In this document: one piece after another, positions 18,884 to 29,283 of the stretch | How positions within the stretch are numbered: the stretch's first letter is position 1 | Layout: each line of letters begins with the position of its first letter | Assembly (NCBI GenBank): GCA_963790475.1 | Contig: CAWBOS010000010.1 | Span: 1,856,001 to 1,920,000, forward strand | Direction: 5' to 3' | Source of the DNA: an uncultured delta proteobacterium | GTDB taxonomy: Bacteria; Desulfobacterota; RBG-13-43-22 | Length of the DNA: 64,000 nucleotides | The notes under the pieces: generated by a model | What the model was told of the DNA's origin: nothing | Seen by the model: only the letters and a program-made list of their open reading frames with translations | Database searches by the model: none | Program-made: the position numbers and the translations under genes

Positions 18884-20440
18884 ATGATAAATTTTATTCA
18901 AAAAGTAGTAAGAAAGATCAGCTATCTCGGCCGATCGGGAGAAAAAGTCCACAAAGAAAAAACAGCCGCTACGGAGTCCCCGCCAGAACAGCCACGTTTG
19001 GACCCGGAAAAACGGTCCCATCCCAGAAGGCGCCCCCGGAAAAGAAGCCATCGGAACGCTCCGGGAGCGGGAGCATCATCAACCCCCGCGGCCCCGGCAG
19101 CGGCCGAGCCCTGGCGGAGTTCCCAGTTTAAGGTTTCACCGGCGGAGGGAAAGACCCGCTTTCACGATTTCGACCTCCCTGATCCGCTCCTGCACGCCAT
19201 CCATGATTTGGGGTTCCAGTACTGTACGCCGATCCAGGCCGAAATTCTTCCCAGCGCCCTATCGGGCAAGGACGCCAGCGGCCGGGCCCAGACCGGAACC
19301 GGTAAGACGGCGGCCTTTCTCATCGCTGTTATCGCCCGGATGTTGAACAATCCCATCCACGGTGGGCGGAAGCCCGGAACGCCCCGGGTGCTGGTGATCG
19401 CCCCTACCCGGGAGCTGGTGCTTCAGATATCCGAGGAGGCCCGCCAATTCGTCAAATACACCGATCTCAAAGTAATCTCCGTGTTCGGAGGGATGGATTA
19501 CGAAAAGCAGAGGAAACAACTGGCCGGTGTTCCGGTGGATATCGTGGTGGCCACCCCCGGCCGGCTGCTCGATTTTCAACAGAGACGGGATCTGATCCTG
19601 AACCGAACCGAAGTAATGATCATCGACGAAGCGGACCGGATGCTGGACATGGGATTTATTCCCGATGTCCGGAAGATCATCCACAGCACCCCGCCCAAGG
19701 AAAAGCGTCAGACCCTGCTTTTCAGTGCGACTCTGACCAAAGAGATTACCCGACTGGCCGCCCAATGGACTAATAACCCGGTAACCGTGGATATCGAACC
19801 GGAGCAGGTCGCTGTGGACACCGTGGACCAGATTGTTTACATCGTGACTACGGACCAAAAATTTGCTTTGCTTTACAACATCATCGAAAAGCTAAAGCTA
19901 AAAAAAGTCCTGGTGTTTTGCAACCGGAAAGACGAAGTGAGACGACTGGCGGAGATGCTCACCCGATACGGGATAAACTGTGCGGAACTCTCCGGGGATA
20001 TTCCCCAGAACCAGCGGATCCAGCGTTTGGATCAATTCAAGGCCGGGAAATTTCGGGTGTTGGTGGCCACCGATGTGGCTGGCCGGGGCCTGCACATCGA
20101 GGGCATGGATCATGTGATAAATTATATGCTGCCCCATGATGCGGAAGATTATGTGCACCGGATCGGGCGCACCGGACGGGCAGGGGCCGCGGGGACCTCC
20201 ATCAGCTTCGCCGATGAGGAGGAGGCCTTCTACCTCCCCCCTATCGAGGAATACATGGGCAGAAAATTAAGCTGCATCCAGCCCGATGAAGACTGGCTGA
20301 TTTTGCCAAAACCGACGGGACCCAGGAAACCCCGTACACCGGAATCCGGAAGAAAGGGAGCCGCCTATGGCCGGAGGAAGGGAACTGATTCCAGGGAAAG
20401 GTCGGGAAGAAGGCGGTCCCGACCGCAAGTCGATTCGTGA
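18884..20440 (+). CDS. rhlB: DEAD-box RNA helicase (RhlB-like)
   Basis: [28 protein letters not shown]. Confidence 0.85.
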   Translation: MINFIQKVVRKISYLGRSGEKVHKEKTAATESPPEQPRLDPEKRSHPRRRPRKRSHRNAPGAGASSTPAAPAAAEPWRSSQFKVSPAEGKTRFHDFDLPDPLLHAIHDLGFQYCTPIQAEILPSALSGKDASGRAQTGTGKTAAFLIAVIARMLNNPIHGGRKPGTPRVLVIAPTRELVLQISEEARQFVKYTDLKVISVFGGMDYEKQRKQLAGVPVDIVVATPGRLLDFQQRRDLILNRTEVMIIDEADRMLDMGFIPDVRKIIHSTPPKEKRQTLLFSATLTKEITRLAAQWTNNPVTVDIEPEQVAVDTVDQIVYIVTTDQKFALLYNIIEKLKLKKVLVFCNRKDEVRRLAEMLTRYGINCAELSGDIPQNQRIQRLDQFKAGKFRVLVATDVAGRGLHIEGMDHVINYMLPHDAEDYVHRIGRTGRAGAAGTSISFADEEEAFYLPPIEEYMGRKLSCIQPDEDWLILPKPTGPRKPRTPESGRKGAAYGRRKGTDSRERSGRRRSRPQVDS

Positions 20441-20528
20441 TTCATCAATTCCATCGAGGCATCATTCAATTCTCATTAGGAAAACAAAACTTGAATGACA
20501 AGCCCCCCCAAATGATTCCTTGACTTCG

Positions 20529-20750
20529 TTAATTGTCCGTCCTTTGCTCGATCAATTTTTCCTTTGATCTTTTGTATTGTTTTTCCGTGATAATCCCTTT
20601 ATTATAGGCATCCTCAAGGTCTTTCAATTCTTGTCCCAACGTGGTGGAGTAAGACTGTGTTTTGACTTCGGCCCCTCCCCCACGACAAGCGGTTAATCCC
20701 AAGGCCATAACGATCATAACAGCGATGGGCCAAAATCTTAAGAGCTTCAT
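20529..20750 (-). CDS. Small lipoprotein with SHOCT domain
   Basis: LTAC lipobox; LKDLEDAYNKGIITEKQY SHOCT pattern. Confidence 0.75.
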   Translation of the reverse strand: MKLLRFWPIAVMIVMALGLTACRGGGAEVKTQSYSTTLGQELKDLEDAYNKGIITEKQYKRSKEKLIEQRTDN

Positions 20751-21085
20751 AGTAAGATTCTCCTTATTCTGATGTATTGGATAAGAATTTCTAACCCCTT
20801 TTTCTAATTTTCTTTAGGAATTGGACTATATCAATTTCTTATAAGGCCCTTTTTTATCTTATTTTTTTAAAAGTTTCACTAAGATTTATATAGTCACTCC
20901 TTCCAGACCCCATTTTTCAAAGAGAATTATTTGCCAATTTCAATAAAAATTCCCTTCTATTAACATCATCAGGTTATAGCATGTTTCTCCTATTCCCAAA
21001 GGTCCACTTGGTGGAGCTTGTTTTCATCCCGGCGCTTGCGCCACGGCACGACCGCCCTACCCTGGCTATCCGCTGGAGCGATAGG

Positions 21086-21523
21086 TCACCCCGTTCTCTC
21101 CATGTCAACGTAGACGTCGCTACGGCTGGTTTCTATGAAGCCATGTCGTTTGTAGAGCTCCTGCACGCGGTTGCACACAAGAGTGTGGATGCGTATTGGT
21201 TTCCTAATAATCTCGGCCCGATCAAGCTCCCAGCGCAAGATCAGGGAGCCAATCCCCTGGTTTTGGAATTCGGGAAGAACCAGCAGTTCATGCAAGAAGA
21301 CATGGTCGTCATGTTCGGAAGACCAAACCCCGGCGATCGATCGGCCCGCGAGTTCAGCGATTCTGAACGCGGCTTGTTGAAGCTTTAAATCAAAGCGTTG
21401 CTTTTGAGCGCTATCATCCCAAACGCCAAACTGCTGCTTCACAACATCCTCGTACGCCAGGCGGTTAAGCGCTCGAAGGAAATCACGATCTTCCAATGTG
21501 GCAACGCGGAGTTGTATATCCAT
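21086..21523 (-). CDS. GNAT acetyltransferase (last cassette)
   Basis: VLPEFQNQGIGS motif A; start ATG 21523 just downstream of GTTAGGC. Confidence 0.85.
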   Translation of the reverse strand: MDIQLRVATLEDRDFLRALNRLAYEDVVKQQFGVWDDSAQKQRFDLKLQQAAFRIAELAGRSIAGVWSSEHDDHVFLHELLVLPEFQNQGIGSLILRWELDRAEIIRKPIRIHTLVCNRVQELYKRHGFIETSRSDVYVDMERTG

Positions 21524-21537
21524 CGATTTATTCCACT

Positions 21538-21588
21538 GCCTAACGTGAGCATCTGCGGCAGCGATCAGCCGACTGTAGCCTGTTGTCA
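21538..21588 (-). other. Degenerate attC
   Basis: Minus strand TGACAAC...GCAGATG-CTCAC-GTTAGGC; short, with poor L'' pairing. Confidence 0.5.
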
Positions 21589-21655
21589 TGCCATGAGAGT
21601 CAGTCTCGCTAAGTAATTGCCGTCCCCTTCGTCGTAAAGCACTTCTGATTCCTAG

Positions 21656-23638
21656 CCCATCTTCCGCAGTTAGAAAGCATGGAAGACGCGATATCAAATA
21701 GTTACGACAAGAATTAGGGCATTTTCTTCACTACATTTTCAATAATTTTTGGTTTGTTGGGGAGCAGAATTTTCAATCTCTGAAGCAGCACTTTGAGTTC
21801 CTTTGAGGGAGTAGCCACCATTCTGAGCCGGAGGGTTCTCTCCCGCGCCGGTAGTAGCACATCCAAAGATTTCAATTCCCGCAACTCCTCCAACAGCTTT
21901 CTTGGGGCGGTACCGAGTCCCGAGGCTTTCATCCATTGCTGGAGCGTTCGCCACATAGTCAGCGCCAAGAAGCAGACCAGGATATGAGCCTGGGTCCGTT
22001 CCTGTTTTTGATGGAAGATCGGTCGCATTCCCAGATCATGTTTCTCGGTACGGAATGAATCTTCCACTTCCGTCAGTTGGATGTAGGTATTCCATAGGAC
22101 TTTCGGGTCACTTTCGGTCCAGTTGGTGCGCAGGATGTAGCTACCGCCGGTCTCCAAGGCCCACTGTTGCCGTTGTTCGTTCTTCTTGACTTCTAGGGAA
22201 AGCGGTGCGTCTTTTCCGGTACCGGTCTCTATGACTGTAATATTGAACAACGAGGCCGCACGTTTATTTTGTTCCAGCAGTCGCCCTATTCTCCGCTCGA
22301 CTTTCTGCTTGTCTCGGAGCTTGCCGGTTTCGGCCTGGCGGGCCAGGTGATCCAGTTGGCTTTCCAGTCGGGTCAAAAAGTGGTTTAGAATGGCGTTTTC
22401 TTTCTCCTTCCGGCCTTGAGACCGGCACAGGACAAAGATTTCATCCGTTCCTTCCGGCGAGCAACAGAGCTTGACCTCAACATCAGGTTGGACCGCTTCC
22501 CAGTTCTGTTCGAAAAGCTGCTGCTCAAACTTCTTCAGCATCACTTTTGGGGTGCCGACCAAATAGCGGGCACCGACTTTGCGCATAAACTCCAGATTCT
22601 CCTCACTCACCATGCCGCGATCCATAACCCAGATCCGGTTGGCTTGGCCGTATTTGGCCTCCATCATCTGAACCATCTCTTGGGTCGTCGTAACATCCGG
22701 TCGATTGCCGTCAAAAACCTCAAAGGCTATGGGAAAGCCCTCTCGGGTGGCCACCAGGCCGATGCAGACCTGGGGACAATCTGGACGACTGTCCCGGCTG
22801 TAACCCCTCTTGGCCTGGGCATTGCCCTTGGCGGTCCCCTCAAAATAGGTGGAGGTTATGTCATAAAACAAAAAATCAAAGCTACTGCCGAACAGTTCCC
22901 CATAACGCTCCTGAAGGTGACGGCTTAAGGCATCCTTGTGGGGAAGCAAGGCATCCAGGGCACGATAAAGCCGATCCTCATTGATCTTATAGTCGGCCAC
23001 TCCCAGCAGATCGTCTAAGGCCGTCTGGCCATACCAAAACTCGGCCATCTGTAATTCCGACGATGGGGCGCAAAAGCGTCCAAGAACTAAAATAGACGCC
23101 ATGATCGACCAAGGAATCTCTTCCCGGTTGGAAGGAATATGATCTCGGCAGAACCTGGCAAGCCCCAGTTTGTTCCACAAAAGCAACCCCAAATAGACAT
23201 CGCCGAAGCCTCTGAGTCGCTCGACGCTTACGCCATGGATATTGACCGTGGCCCAAGATGGGGGGTCTTCCCCCTGCTCAAACAGTTCAGGTCCAGGTAG
23301 AGGCTTTCCGGAAAGAATCCGTCCGATCTCCTCCCAACCTATCCGCTCTTCCCGATCAAGGCCAGGAAGTTTCCCTATCGTCGCCACTACTCGCTGACGG
23401 GGCCCTCGGGCAGTACGGACCGACTCAACTAAAAGCCAGCTCTCGTACTCCGCTCCACCTTTCTTTTTGGTCGCACGCCGGAGATACATAACCCCATTAT
23501 CTCCGTTCCCACAGCACCTGGCAAGGGGGTGGTCTTCACTACATCCAATTTTCAAAGATCAGGACTTGAAATCATTTAACAATTCCTGAAAATTCATCAC
23601 GTTTTTCTTGATTTTTTCTCCAAACTGCGGAAGATGGG
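21656..23638 (-). mobile_element. IS1634-family insertion sequence (1983 bp)
   Basis: Terminal IR CCCATCTTCCGCAGTT at both ends; CTAG on both flanks (21652-55, 23639-42). Confidence 0.9.
21714..23489 (-). CDS. IS1634-family DDE transposase
   Basis: YDITSTYFEG, GYSRDSRPD, VMDRGM, VEDSFR...LGMRPIFH; likely start MYLRR. Confidence 0.92.
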   Translation of the reverse strand: MYLRRATKKKGGAEYESWLLVESVRTARGPRQRVVATIGKLPGLDREERIGWEEIGRILSGKPLPGPELFEQGEDPPSWATVNIHGVSVERLRGFGDVYLGLLLWNKLGLARFCRDHIPSNREEIPWSIMASILVLGRFCAPSSELQMAEFWYGQTALDDLLGVADYKINEDRLYRALDALLPHKDALSRHLQERYGELFGSSFDFLFYDITSTYFEGTAKGNAQAKRGYSRDSRPDCPQVCIGLVATREGFPIAFEVFDGNRPDVTTTQEMVQMMEAKYGQANRIWVMDRGMVSEENLEFMRKVGARYLVGTPKVMLKKFEQQLFEQNWEAVQPDVEVKLCCSPEGTDEIFVLCRSQGRKEKENAILNHFLTRLESQLDHLARQAETGKLRDKQKVERRIGRLLEQNKRAASLFNITVIETGTGKDAPLSLEVKKNEQRQQWALETGGSYILRTNWTESDPKVLWNTYIQLTEVEDSFRTEKHDLGMRPIFHQKQERTQAHILVCFLALTMWRTLQQWMKASGLGTAPRKLLEELRELKSLDVLLPARERTLRLRMVATPSKELKVLLQRLKILLPNKPKIIENVVKKMP

Positions 23639-24310
23639 CTAGCCGCAAAGACGAGCTCTTTCGGAAAGTGTCTGTGGGTCAATGTAAAGCCACCGAAGTT
23701 CCTCTCCTACGATACCGTGGTATACAAACCGAAAGCGTACCTCTCCCGGGTAACCTCTTCCGGTTCTTAGATTCTCATCATCGTTAAAAACCCCGCTACG
23801 TCCCATGTCTAAGGACGTCAATAACACCTGGCCGATTGGATTAAGCAGTTCCCGGCATTTAACAAAGACCCTGTCAAGCCCATTAAGGGTTCCCGCAAAT
23901 CCGATGGTCCGGCCGAGAAACAGCAGGGTGTCGTAACCTTCGGCCGGCAGTTCATAAAAGTTGATTTCCCTTACATCCGAAAGCCCCAGGCCGCGCATGA
24001 TGGAAACAGCTTCCGGTAGCACATCTATGGCTGTTACCTCAAAACCCGCCTTTTCCAGATAACGGGCGTGTAGTCCACTTCCCGCCCCCACGTCTAACAC
24101 GCGACCACGACAATGTTTGAGGGCAAAGGCATCGCCGCCGTAATAGTCAGGTTCACGAAAGAAAGCCTGGACGGGTATCAGCTCGCTGACCCCATTCCAA
24201 TAGCGTTTTTCCAGCACCCCGGCTGTGTTTCCCTGGATAAATTCTTTCTAAGCGATACCATAGGGATCTTTTGGAACTACATTCATTTTTTGCTATTCAT
24301 CTTTCCAATG

Positions 24311-24376
24311 CCCTAACGATCTCGGTTCACGGACAGCTCCGCCGTACTTTGCGACCGTATGTTTTGTTTGTTATTT
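24311..24376 (-). other. attC site (partly degenerate)
   Basis: R'' AAATAAC overlapping the stop codon; ACGG...CCGT stem; R' GTTAGGG. Confidence 0.65.
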
Positions 24377-25066
24377 TTCCCAGCCTTCTTTGATGGCCTG
24401 AAATGCCTCGATCATTCGTGGATCACGAGGGAGTCTCTCATCGGGGAGTCCCTGTTCTTTTGTGTCACTTATGATGAGAATTCCACCGGCCTTGATTCCC
24501 ACGGCCTGTGCGCAATGGCAAAAAGCCGCGAACTCCAATTCCAAGGCGATGGCGTCAAGATCCATTTGGGTCTCGTCACCGTGCCAGAACGTTGCCGGGA
24601 CACTGACGCTCTTTCCTCTCCGAAAGGGAATGTGCCGCCGTTCTAAAGCCGCCGATATCATTTCGACCATATCCGGACTGGGGGTCGTGTATGGATCTGC
24701 ACCAAGCTTGACCGACACGCCATCCAGGGTTTGCACCTGCGTCGGTACAATGCAATCTCCGACTCTCATATCATTTGAAATTCCAAAGGCAGTCCCGAAG
24801 AAGACGATCTCCTTCACATTCCCATCTTTAAGGATTGTCACCAGGTCACACATGATGGGAGCGCCATAAAGTTGAAACAGGATTGTGGCGCCCCCTTTTT
24901 CTCCGTCGACGAGATATCGTTCGGATACAACATATTGGTGAAAGAGCACCTTCCCGAAAGTATTGACTACGGCATCGACTTTCGGCCTGGTGCTAGGACC
25001 GGCAAACAAGTATGCACGAGGCGGCAATGTCTTAACCCCGAACTCACTTTCGGCCCATTTTCCCAT
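24371..25066 (-). CDS. Nucleoside phosphorylase family (PNP/UDP) cassette
   Basis: YGAP, FFGTAFGI, ALELEFAAF, ILIISD; RBS before ATG 25066. Confidence 0.8.
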   Translation of the reverse strand: MGKWAESEFGVKTLPPRAYLFAGPSTRPKVDAVVNTFGKVLFHQYVVSERYLVDGEKGGATILFQLYGAPIMCDLVTILKDGNVKEIVFFGTAFGISNDMRVGDCIVPTQVQTLDGVSVKLGADPYTTPSPDMVEMISAALERRHIPFRRGKSVSVPATFWHGDETQMDLDAIALELEFAAFCHCAQAVGIKAGGILIISDTKEQGLPDERLPRDPRMIEAFQAIKEGWEK

Positions 25067-25080
25067 ATCTTGATCCTCTA

Positions 25081-25145
25081 GTTCAACGGATAGTTTCACC
25101 GGGAACCGCGGGTTATCCGCGATCTGGTGAGACGCCTCGTTGATC
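25081..25145 (-). other. attC site
   Basis: GATCAAC-GAGGC-GTCTCACC...GGTGAAA-CTATCC-GTTGAAC. Confidence 0.85.
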
Positions 25146-25149
25146 GATT

Positions 25150-25887
25150 CTATTTTTGTGCTACGACGATCAGTCTGCGACTTGATTCCTTGTCATAAGG
25201 GGTCGATTCCCAGTCACCGAAAAATTCCACTTTATCAAATCCGGCTTCACTCAGTAGTTTCTTCCAGGAATCCTGCAGGCGGATTCTAATACGAACAGTC
25301 GTATACCGAAAATCGGTGATCTCCTGGGTGTGAACGAAATCGAATATGATAAACGTTTGAATGTCCCCTGCGTAGTCAATCACAAAGAGCCTTGTATAAT
25401 CACGATTATTAATGACCGGATCAAAGCGAGGCGGATTCCGCATAGTTGCATCAGAATTCCCTTGGTCAAACACAAGAATCCCGCCGGGGCGCAGCACCGT
25501 TTTCATGCTTAGCAACGCCCGAAGGGTCTCGGCATCTTCCAGAGGTTCATCAATCGCACTGGTAAGGCAGACCACGGCATCGAATTCCGTTGTGTAATGA
25601 TTTGGTAGTTCGCAATAGTTGGCCTTCTGGACAGGAATCTCGACATGTGCCTCTTCAATGTTTTTTCGAGCCCGAGCAAGCATGGCATCTGACAGGTCAG
25701 ATCCGAATACCAATACCCCCATCTTGTGGAACATGATCAAGTCTACACCGGTACCACAGGCACAATCCAGAACCTTCGATACCCTGTGTTTCTCGAATAG
25801 CTGCCGGAAGAACTGTTCACGAGCAGGATTACTCCCCTTCATCCAGTCATACCGCTCAGCAAACCCTTCATAGGTATCTTTCAGCAT
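25150..25887 (-). CDS. Class I SAM methyltransferase cassette
   Basis: VLDCACGTG, FDAVVCL, LRPGG; start MLKDTY. Confidence 0.9.
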   Translation of the reverse strand: MLKDTYEGFAERYDWMKGSNPAREQFFRQLFEKHRVSKVLDCACGTGVDLIMFHKMGVLVFGSDLSDAMLARARKNIEEAHVEIPVQKANYCELPNHYTTEFDAVVCLTSAIDEPLEDAETLRALLSMKTVLRPGGILVFDQGNSDATMRNPPRFDPVINNRDYTRLFVIDYAGDIQTFIIFDFVHTQEITDFRYTTVRIRIRLQDSWKKLLSEAGFDKVEFFGDWESTPYDKESSRRLIVVAQK

Positions 25888-25901
25888 ATTCCTTTTCCCT
25901 T

Positions 25902-25958
25902 GCCCAACACGGCCATCAGCGGGAGTTCCCAGCGAATCGCTGCATGTCGACGTTAGTC
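25902..25958 (-). other. attC site
   Basis: GACTAAC-GTCGAC-ATGCAGCG...CGCTGAT-GGCCGT-GTTGGGC with an extrahelical base in L''. Confidence 0.9.
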
Positions 25959-25962
25959 GATT

Positions 25963-26025
25963 TCCGATCGCCTGCGTCACCCGGAGCCGGCTGTTTCGGC
26001 GATCGGGTGCACGCGGTTATTGGGC
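25963..26025 (-). other. attC site with mutated cores, directly adjacent to the previous attC
   Basis: GCCCAAT-AACCGC-GTGCACCC...GGGTGAC-GCAGGC-GATCGGA. Confidence 0.75.
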
Positions 26026-26799
26026 CTTACCGTTTTTCGGCCCAGAATTGCTACTGCCACCAAGCGATCCGTGGAGCCGACCGCCTTTGCTGAAGTCATA
26101 GTCGCCAAAATACTCGATTTCGCTAAACCCAGCGGCAACGAGAAGTGCCCTCAACTCCTTCTGTGTCCAGCACTTCATCTCAAAGTCAAAGAGGGCAGTT
26201 TCTTCACCCTGCGACGCTTGTAACACATGGGTTTCTGAGACTAACAAAGAGAGGGTTTCCGGTCGGAGTTTGGTGACACTGCGGAACGTGAGGCTTCCCT
26301 TTTCTGTTATGACCGTCTTTTCGAGAATCGGATTTACCGTCTTTCGGATGACCGTCGAGTCCCATTCTCTTACGTCTATAATCATGATTCCACCTTCCGG
26401 CATCACGCGAGCAAAAGAGGGGAAGACTGCCCAGCGAGAATCGCTCTTGACAAGGTCGTTGAGCACCCCGCGACAGAGAATGGCATCAACAAAGATCTCT
26501 TCCGGCAATTCGAGGATGTCGCCAACCACGAAATCAACAGAGGTGCCAGCCATAGAACTTTTTCTTTTGGCCTCTGCGATCAGTTCCGCGGAAGAATCAA
26601 TGCCGATCACATAAAATCCTCTTTCTGCCATTGCAATAGCGTAGGTACCGGTACCACACCCAGCGTCAAGCAAACGTGCGCCGGTCGCCACTTGTCTCTG
26701 CCGGAGCTGTGCCACGATGAAGTCAGCCCTTTCTTTCACCGGCCCTTCAACCAGCGAGTCATAAGCCCAAGCAAAAGTCGAATAGAATGGCCTCTTCAT
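26017..26799 (-). CDS. Class I SAM methyltransferase (C-terminus probably frameshifted)
   Basis: LLDAGCGTG, GIDSS; tail after FGDYDFSK looks out of frame. Confidence 0.85.
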   Translation of the reverse strand: MKRPFYSTFAWAYDSLVEGPVKERADFIVAQLRQRQVATGARLLDAGCGTGTYAIAMAERGFYVIGIDSSAELIAEAKRKSSMAGTSVDFVVGDILELPEEIFVDAILCRGVLNDLVKSDSRWAVFPSFARVMPEGGIMIIDVREWDSTVIRKTVNPILEKTVITEKGSLTFRSVTKLRPETLSLLVSETHVLQASQGEETALFDFEMKCWTQKELRALLVAAGFSEIEYFGDYDFSKGGRLHGSLGGSSNSGPKNGKAQ

Positions 26800-26813
26800 T
26801 TTCCCTTCGTGGC

Positions 26814-27371
26814 TCAATCTATTGATATTTCCTTCTTTGCATCAATGATAATGGAAACCATTCCTAGCTTTTTAAGTGAATTCCTTGTATCAAATCTGAA
26901 TGATCTTCCTATCTTCCCATCTATCTCATTCCAATATCTATGATGAAAAACACCATCCTCATCACAATATTCAAGCAATTCACATTTAAATCCAGCTTCA
27001 TTTAATATTTCTAACAACTTATCATAAGTATACAATACCTTATGTGATGCCGCAGGATGATCCGAAGGTCCTGGTCCTCCTACCTTCACCATGTTTTGGT
27101 ACCATTCATTTCGAAAATTACCATCTGGCACAGCAATTCGAATCATGCCTCCAGCTTTTAGATACGCATAACAGATCTTAGCAGCGATCAATCCTTCATC
27201 AAAAGTCAGATGCTCCCATACATGCTCGGCCAAAAGATGGGTAATGGTTCCTTTTTCAAATTTCCTTGCCCATGTAGATTCATCCAATAGATTCAATTCA
27301 TCTTCTTGTGTGGATATCCAGCCATCAACGGTAATAGCCCCCGCTCCAATTATTACTTTCTGATAAACCAT
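26814..27371 (-). CDS. SAM methyltransferase type 11-like
   Basis: IIGAG, AEHVWEHLT, LKAGGMIRIAVPD. Confidence 0.85.
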   Translation of the reverse strand: MVYQKVIIGAGAITVDGWISTQEDELNLLDESTWARKFEKGTITHLLAEHVWEHLTFDEGLIAAKICYAYLKAGGMIRIAVPDGNFRNEWYQNMVKVGGPGPSDHPAASHKVLYTYDKLLEILNEAGFKCELLEYCDEDGVFHHRYWNEIDGKIGRSFRFDTRNSLKKLGMVSIIIDAKKEISID

Positions 27372-27399
27372 ATTCTATCCTCACGCGTGGGAAGCGTCC

Positions 27400-27467
27400 G
27401 ACTAACGTCACGCTAACGGGAAAGCGGGCGTCTTTCCCCGCCGATCCGGTTCAGCAAGTGGTTAGGC
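27400..27467 (-). other. attC site
   Basis: GCCTAAC-CACTTG-CTGAACCG...CCGTTAG-CGTGAC-GTTAGTC. Confidence 0.9.
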
Positions 27468-27472
27468 ATTCA

Positions 27473-28018
27473 CTATTTCAATTCATTCCGAAGTCCAAGA
27501 ATAAAATCACGAGCATACGCTGTCTTCTCTTCTGCTTGCAGTTTGCCTTCCGGCGTCTGGAAAACGATACGATCAAGGTTATGCTCAAAGATATCTGCCG
27601 TCATCTCGTACGCCTGCCCTCTCGCCCCACCCGTCGTAAAGGCCTTTGCTATCCCGAAAGCACCTAACACTTCCATGTAATTTGCGTCATGAATGATCTT
27701 TTCTTCTGGAGTCCGAGGGTTCTTCAGATGGGTAAGTAGCGATTCAAATGCCTCTTCAATCTCGCTTTGTTGCCACTTGAGGTCACCAAGAAATGAGAAG
27801 ACATTATTTCGAAAGGTCATGTCGTTTCGGATGTGCTCTCCAAGCCCATGGAAGCATGCCAGAAAGCAAAGTCTATGCGGCACCGGATTCATTTCCTGTG
27901 AGATGGATGGTAGACGCGAAATAATCCGCTGTATATGGCGGAAATCATGTCCGGCATCTCTTCCTTCATAATACCGACGGACAAATTGCAGATAAACTTC
28001 AATCTCATTCCTATCCAT
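27473..28018 (-). CDS. HD-domain-like hydrolase cassette
   Basis: GHDFRHIQR, ACFHG (HD changed to HG), IIHDAN, LGAFGIAK. Confidence 0.75.
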   Translation of the reverse strand: MDRNEIEVYLQFVRRYYEGRDAGHDFRHIQRIISRLPSISQEMNPVPHRLCFLACFHGLGEHIRNDMTFRNNVFSFLGDLKWQQSEIEEAFESLLTHLKNPRTPEEKIIHDANYMEVLGAFGIAKAFTTGGARGQAYEMTADIFEHNLDRIVFQTPEGKLQAEEKTAYARDFILGLRNELK

Positions 28019-28027
28019 CTTATGTTG

Positions 28028-28099
28028 GCCTAACCTATTTCTCACTTGTCCGGTGTAAAGCGCAGCATAACATCGGTCAGGTGAAGAAAATTATTAAGT
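28028..28099 (-). other. attC site
   Basis: ACTTAAT-AATTTT-CTTCACCT...AAGTGAG-AAATAG-GTTAGGC. Confidence 0.8.
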
Positions 28100-28588
28100 G
28101 TTAGATTCATCATTTCGCCACATTTTAATGTTGTATGTATCAAAGCCAAGTTTTTCAAAAAACCTTTGGGCAATCCCATTAAAATTCCATGTATCAAGGG
28201 CGAAGTTAAGAAACCCCTTCCCCCTTGCAATGGTCTGCATTTCGTTAAAAAGCGCATTTCCGATATGTTGACGTCTGAATCCTTCGTGAACGACTATGTG
28301 ATGAATATAAACTTGTTTTCTTTCATATGTGAGTGGATCTTCCGGTTTATCAATAAATGTTGCCCATAAGTACCCCACAGGAGTTCCTCCTACATAGGCA
28401 ACCAAAATAAAATTTGTTTCTTTATTTAAGATAGAATCGAAGAATTTATTAAGATTTTCATCATTTCCTACGGGCTTAAAAATATCTGGATGATTTTCAA
28501 AATGAATTTTCTGGACAAATGAATTTAGAAAAACGATATCGGGGATATCTTTCTTCTTTGCTTTAATAATATCCATTTGTAGTCCCAT
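28094..28588 (-). CDS. GNAT acetyltransferase cassette
   Basis: IVVHEGFRRQHIG, AQRFFEKLGF. Confidence 0.9.
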   Translation of the reverse strand: MGLQMDIIKAKKKDIPDIVFLNSFVQKIHFENHPDIFKPVGNDENLNKFFDSILNKETNFILVAYVGGTPVGYLWATFIDKPEDPLTYERKQVYIHHIVVHEGFRRQHIGNALFNEMQTIARGKGFLNFALDTWNFNGIAQRFFEKLGFDTYNIKMWRNDESNT

Positions 28589-28592
28589 TGAT

Positions 28593-28663
28593 ACTTAACA
28601 CCAAAGTTCACCTGCATTTTGCAGTGAAACGAAAAAGATGTCAGGTGGAATAATTGGTTCGAC
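28593..28663 (-). other. attC site
   Basis: GTCGAAC-CAATT-ATTCCACCTG...CAGGTGAAC-TTTGGT-GTTAAGT. Confidence 0.85.
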
Positions 28664-28685
28664 AGGTTTTGTTATTCCCGGACTT

Positions 28686-29207
28686 TTATATTGATCGCTT
28701 CAACCGATAAAACACATGACGTTGATTATTTTTCACAATATCAGTCTCATAGCAAAAACCTACCTTTTCCATTACCCTGATCGACGCTTGATTGTTTTGT
28801 GCAGTATAACAAACTAATTCGGGTAGCCTTAACTCCTCAAAAGCAACTGAAATTGTTGTTTCAGCCATTTCAGTTGCCAACCCTCGACCCGAAAAATCTG
28901 AGAGTAGCTTGTAACCGACTTCGACTTCATCTCTATTATTGAGAATCATACGTCTAAGGCCACAACGACCGATGAAACAATCACTTGTCTTTTCAAATAC
29001 TACCCATTCACCATATCCGTATTGATTCCAATACGTTAATTGCTGCTCTAAGAAAGATCTTGTCTCAATATTGTTACGAATTCCCCCAAGGGTTGCCATT
29101 ACTTTAGGATCACTGTGCAGAGCGCATAAATCAGTTAAATGGTCCTGGTTGATCCGCTGAAGAAACAATCGCTCGGTTTGAATTCTATCTATGGATTCAG
29201 AAAACAT
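28686..29207 (-). CDS. RimJ/RimL-type GNAT cassette
   Basis: TERLFL, EVGY, GRGLATE, NQASIRVMEKVGF. Confidence 0.9.
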   Translation of the reverse strand: MFSESIDRIQTERLFLQRINQDHLTDLCALHSDPKVMATLGGIRNNIETRSFLEQQLTYWNQYGYGEWVVFEKTSDCFIGRCGLRRMILNNRDEVEVGYKLLSDFSGRGLATEMAETTISVAFEELRLPELVCYTAQNNQASIRVMEKVGFCYETDIVKNNQRHVFYRLKRSI

Positions 29208-29224
29208 ATATAAATCCTTAATCA

Positions 29225-29283
29225 GTTGAATGGGAGGAGTCCGGCGTACGGGTTATCGCGCCGCCTGGACTCCTTGGTTATGC
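29225..29283 (-). other. attC site (R' mutated)
   Basis: GCATAAC-CAAGG-AGTCCAGG...CCGGACT-CCTCCC-ATTCAAC. Confidence 0.75.

Larger units (their letters stand above)
21586..24286 (-). pseudogene. Class I SAM methyltransferase cassette interrupted by IS and carrying two in-frame TAG codons
   Basis: ATG 24286 MNVVPKDPYGIA*KEFIQG...VLDVGAGSG...RLCG* then, beyond the IS, ESEVLYDEGDGNYLARLTLMA-TGA (21586-21651). Confidence 0.85.
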
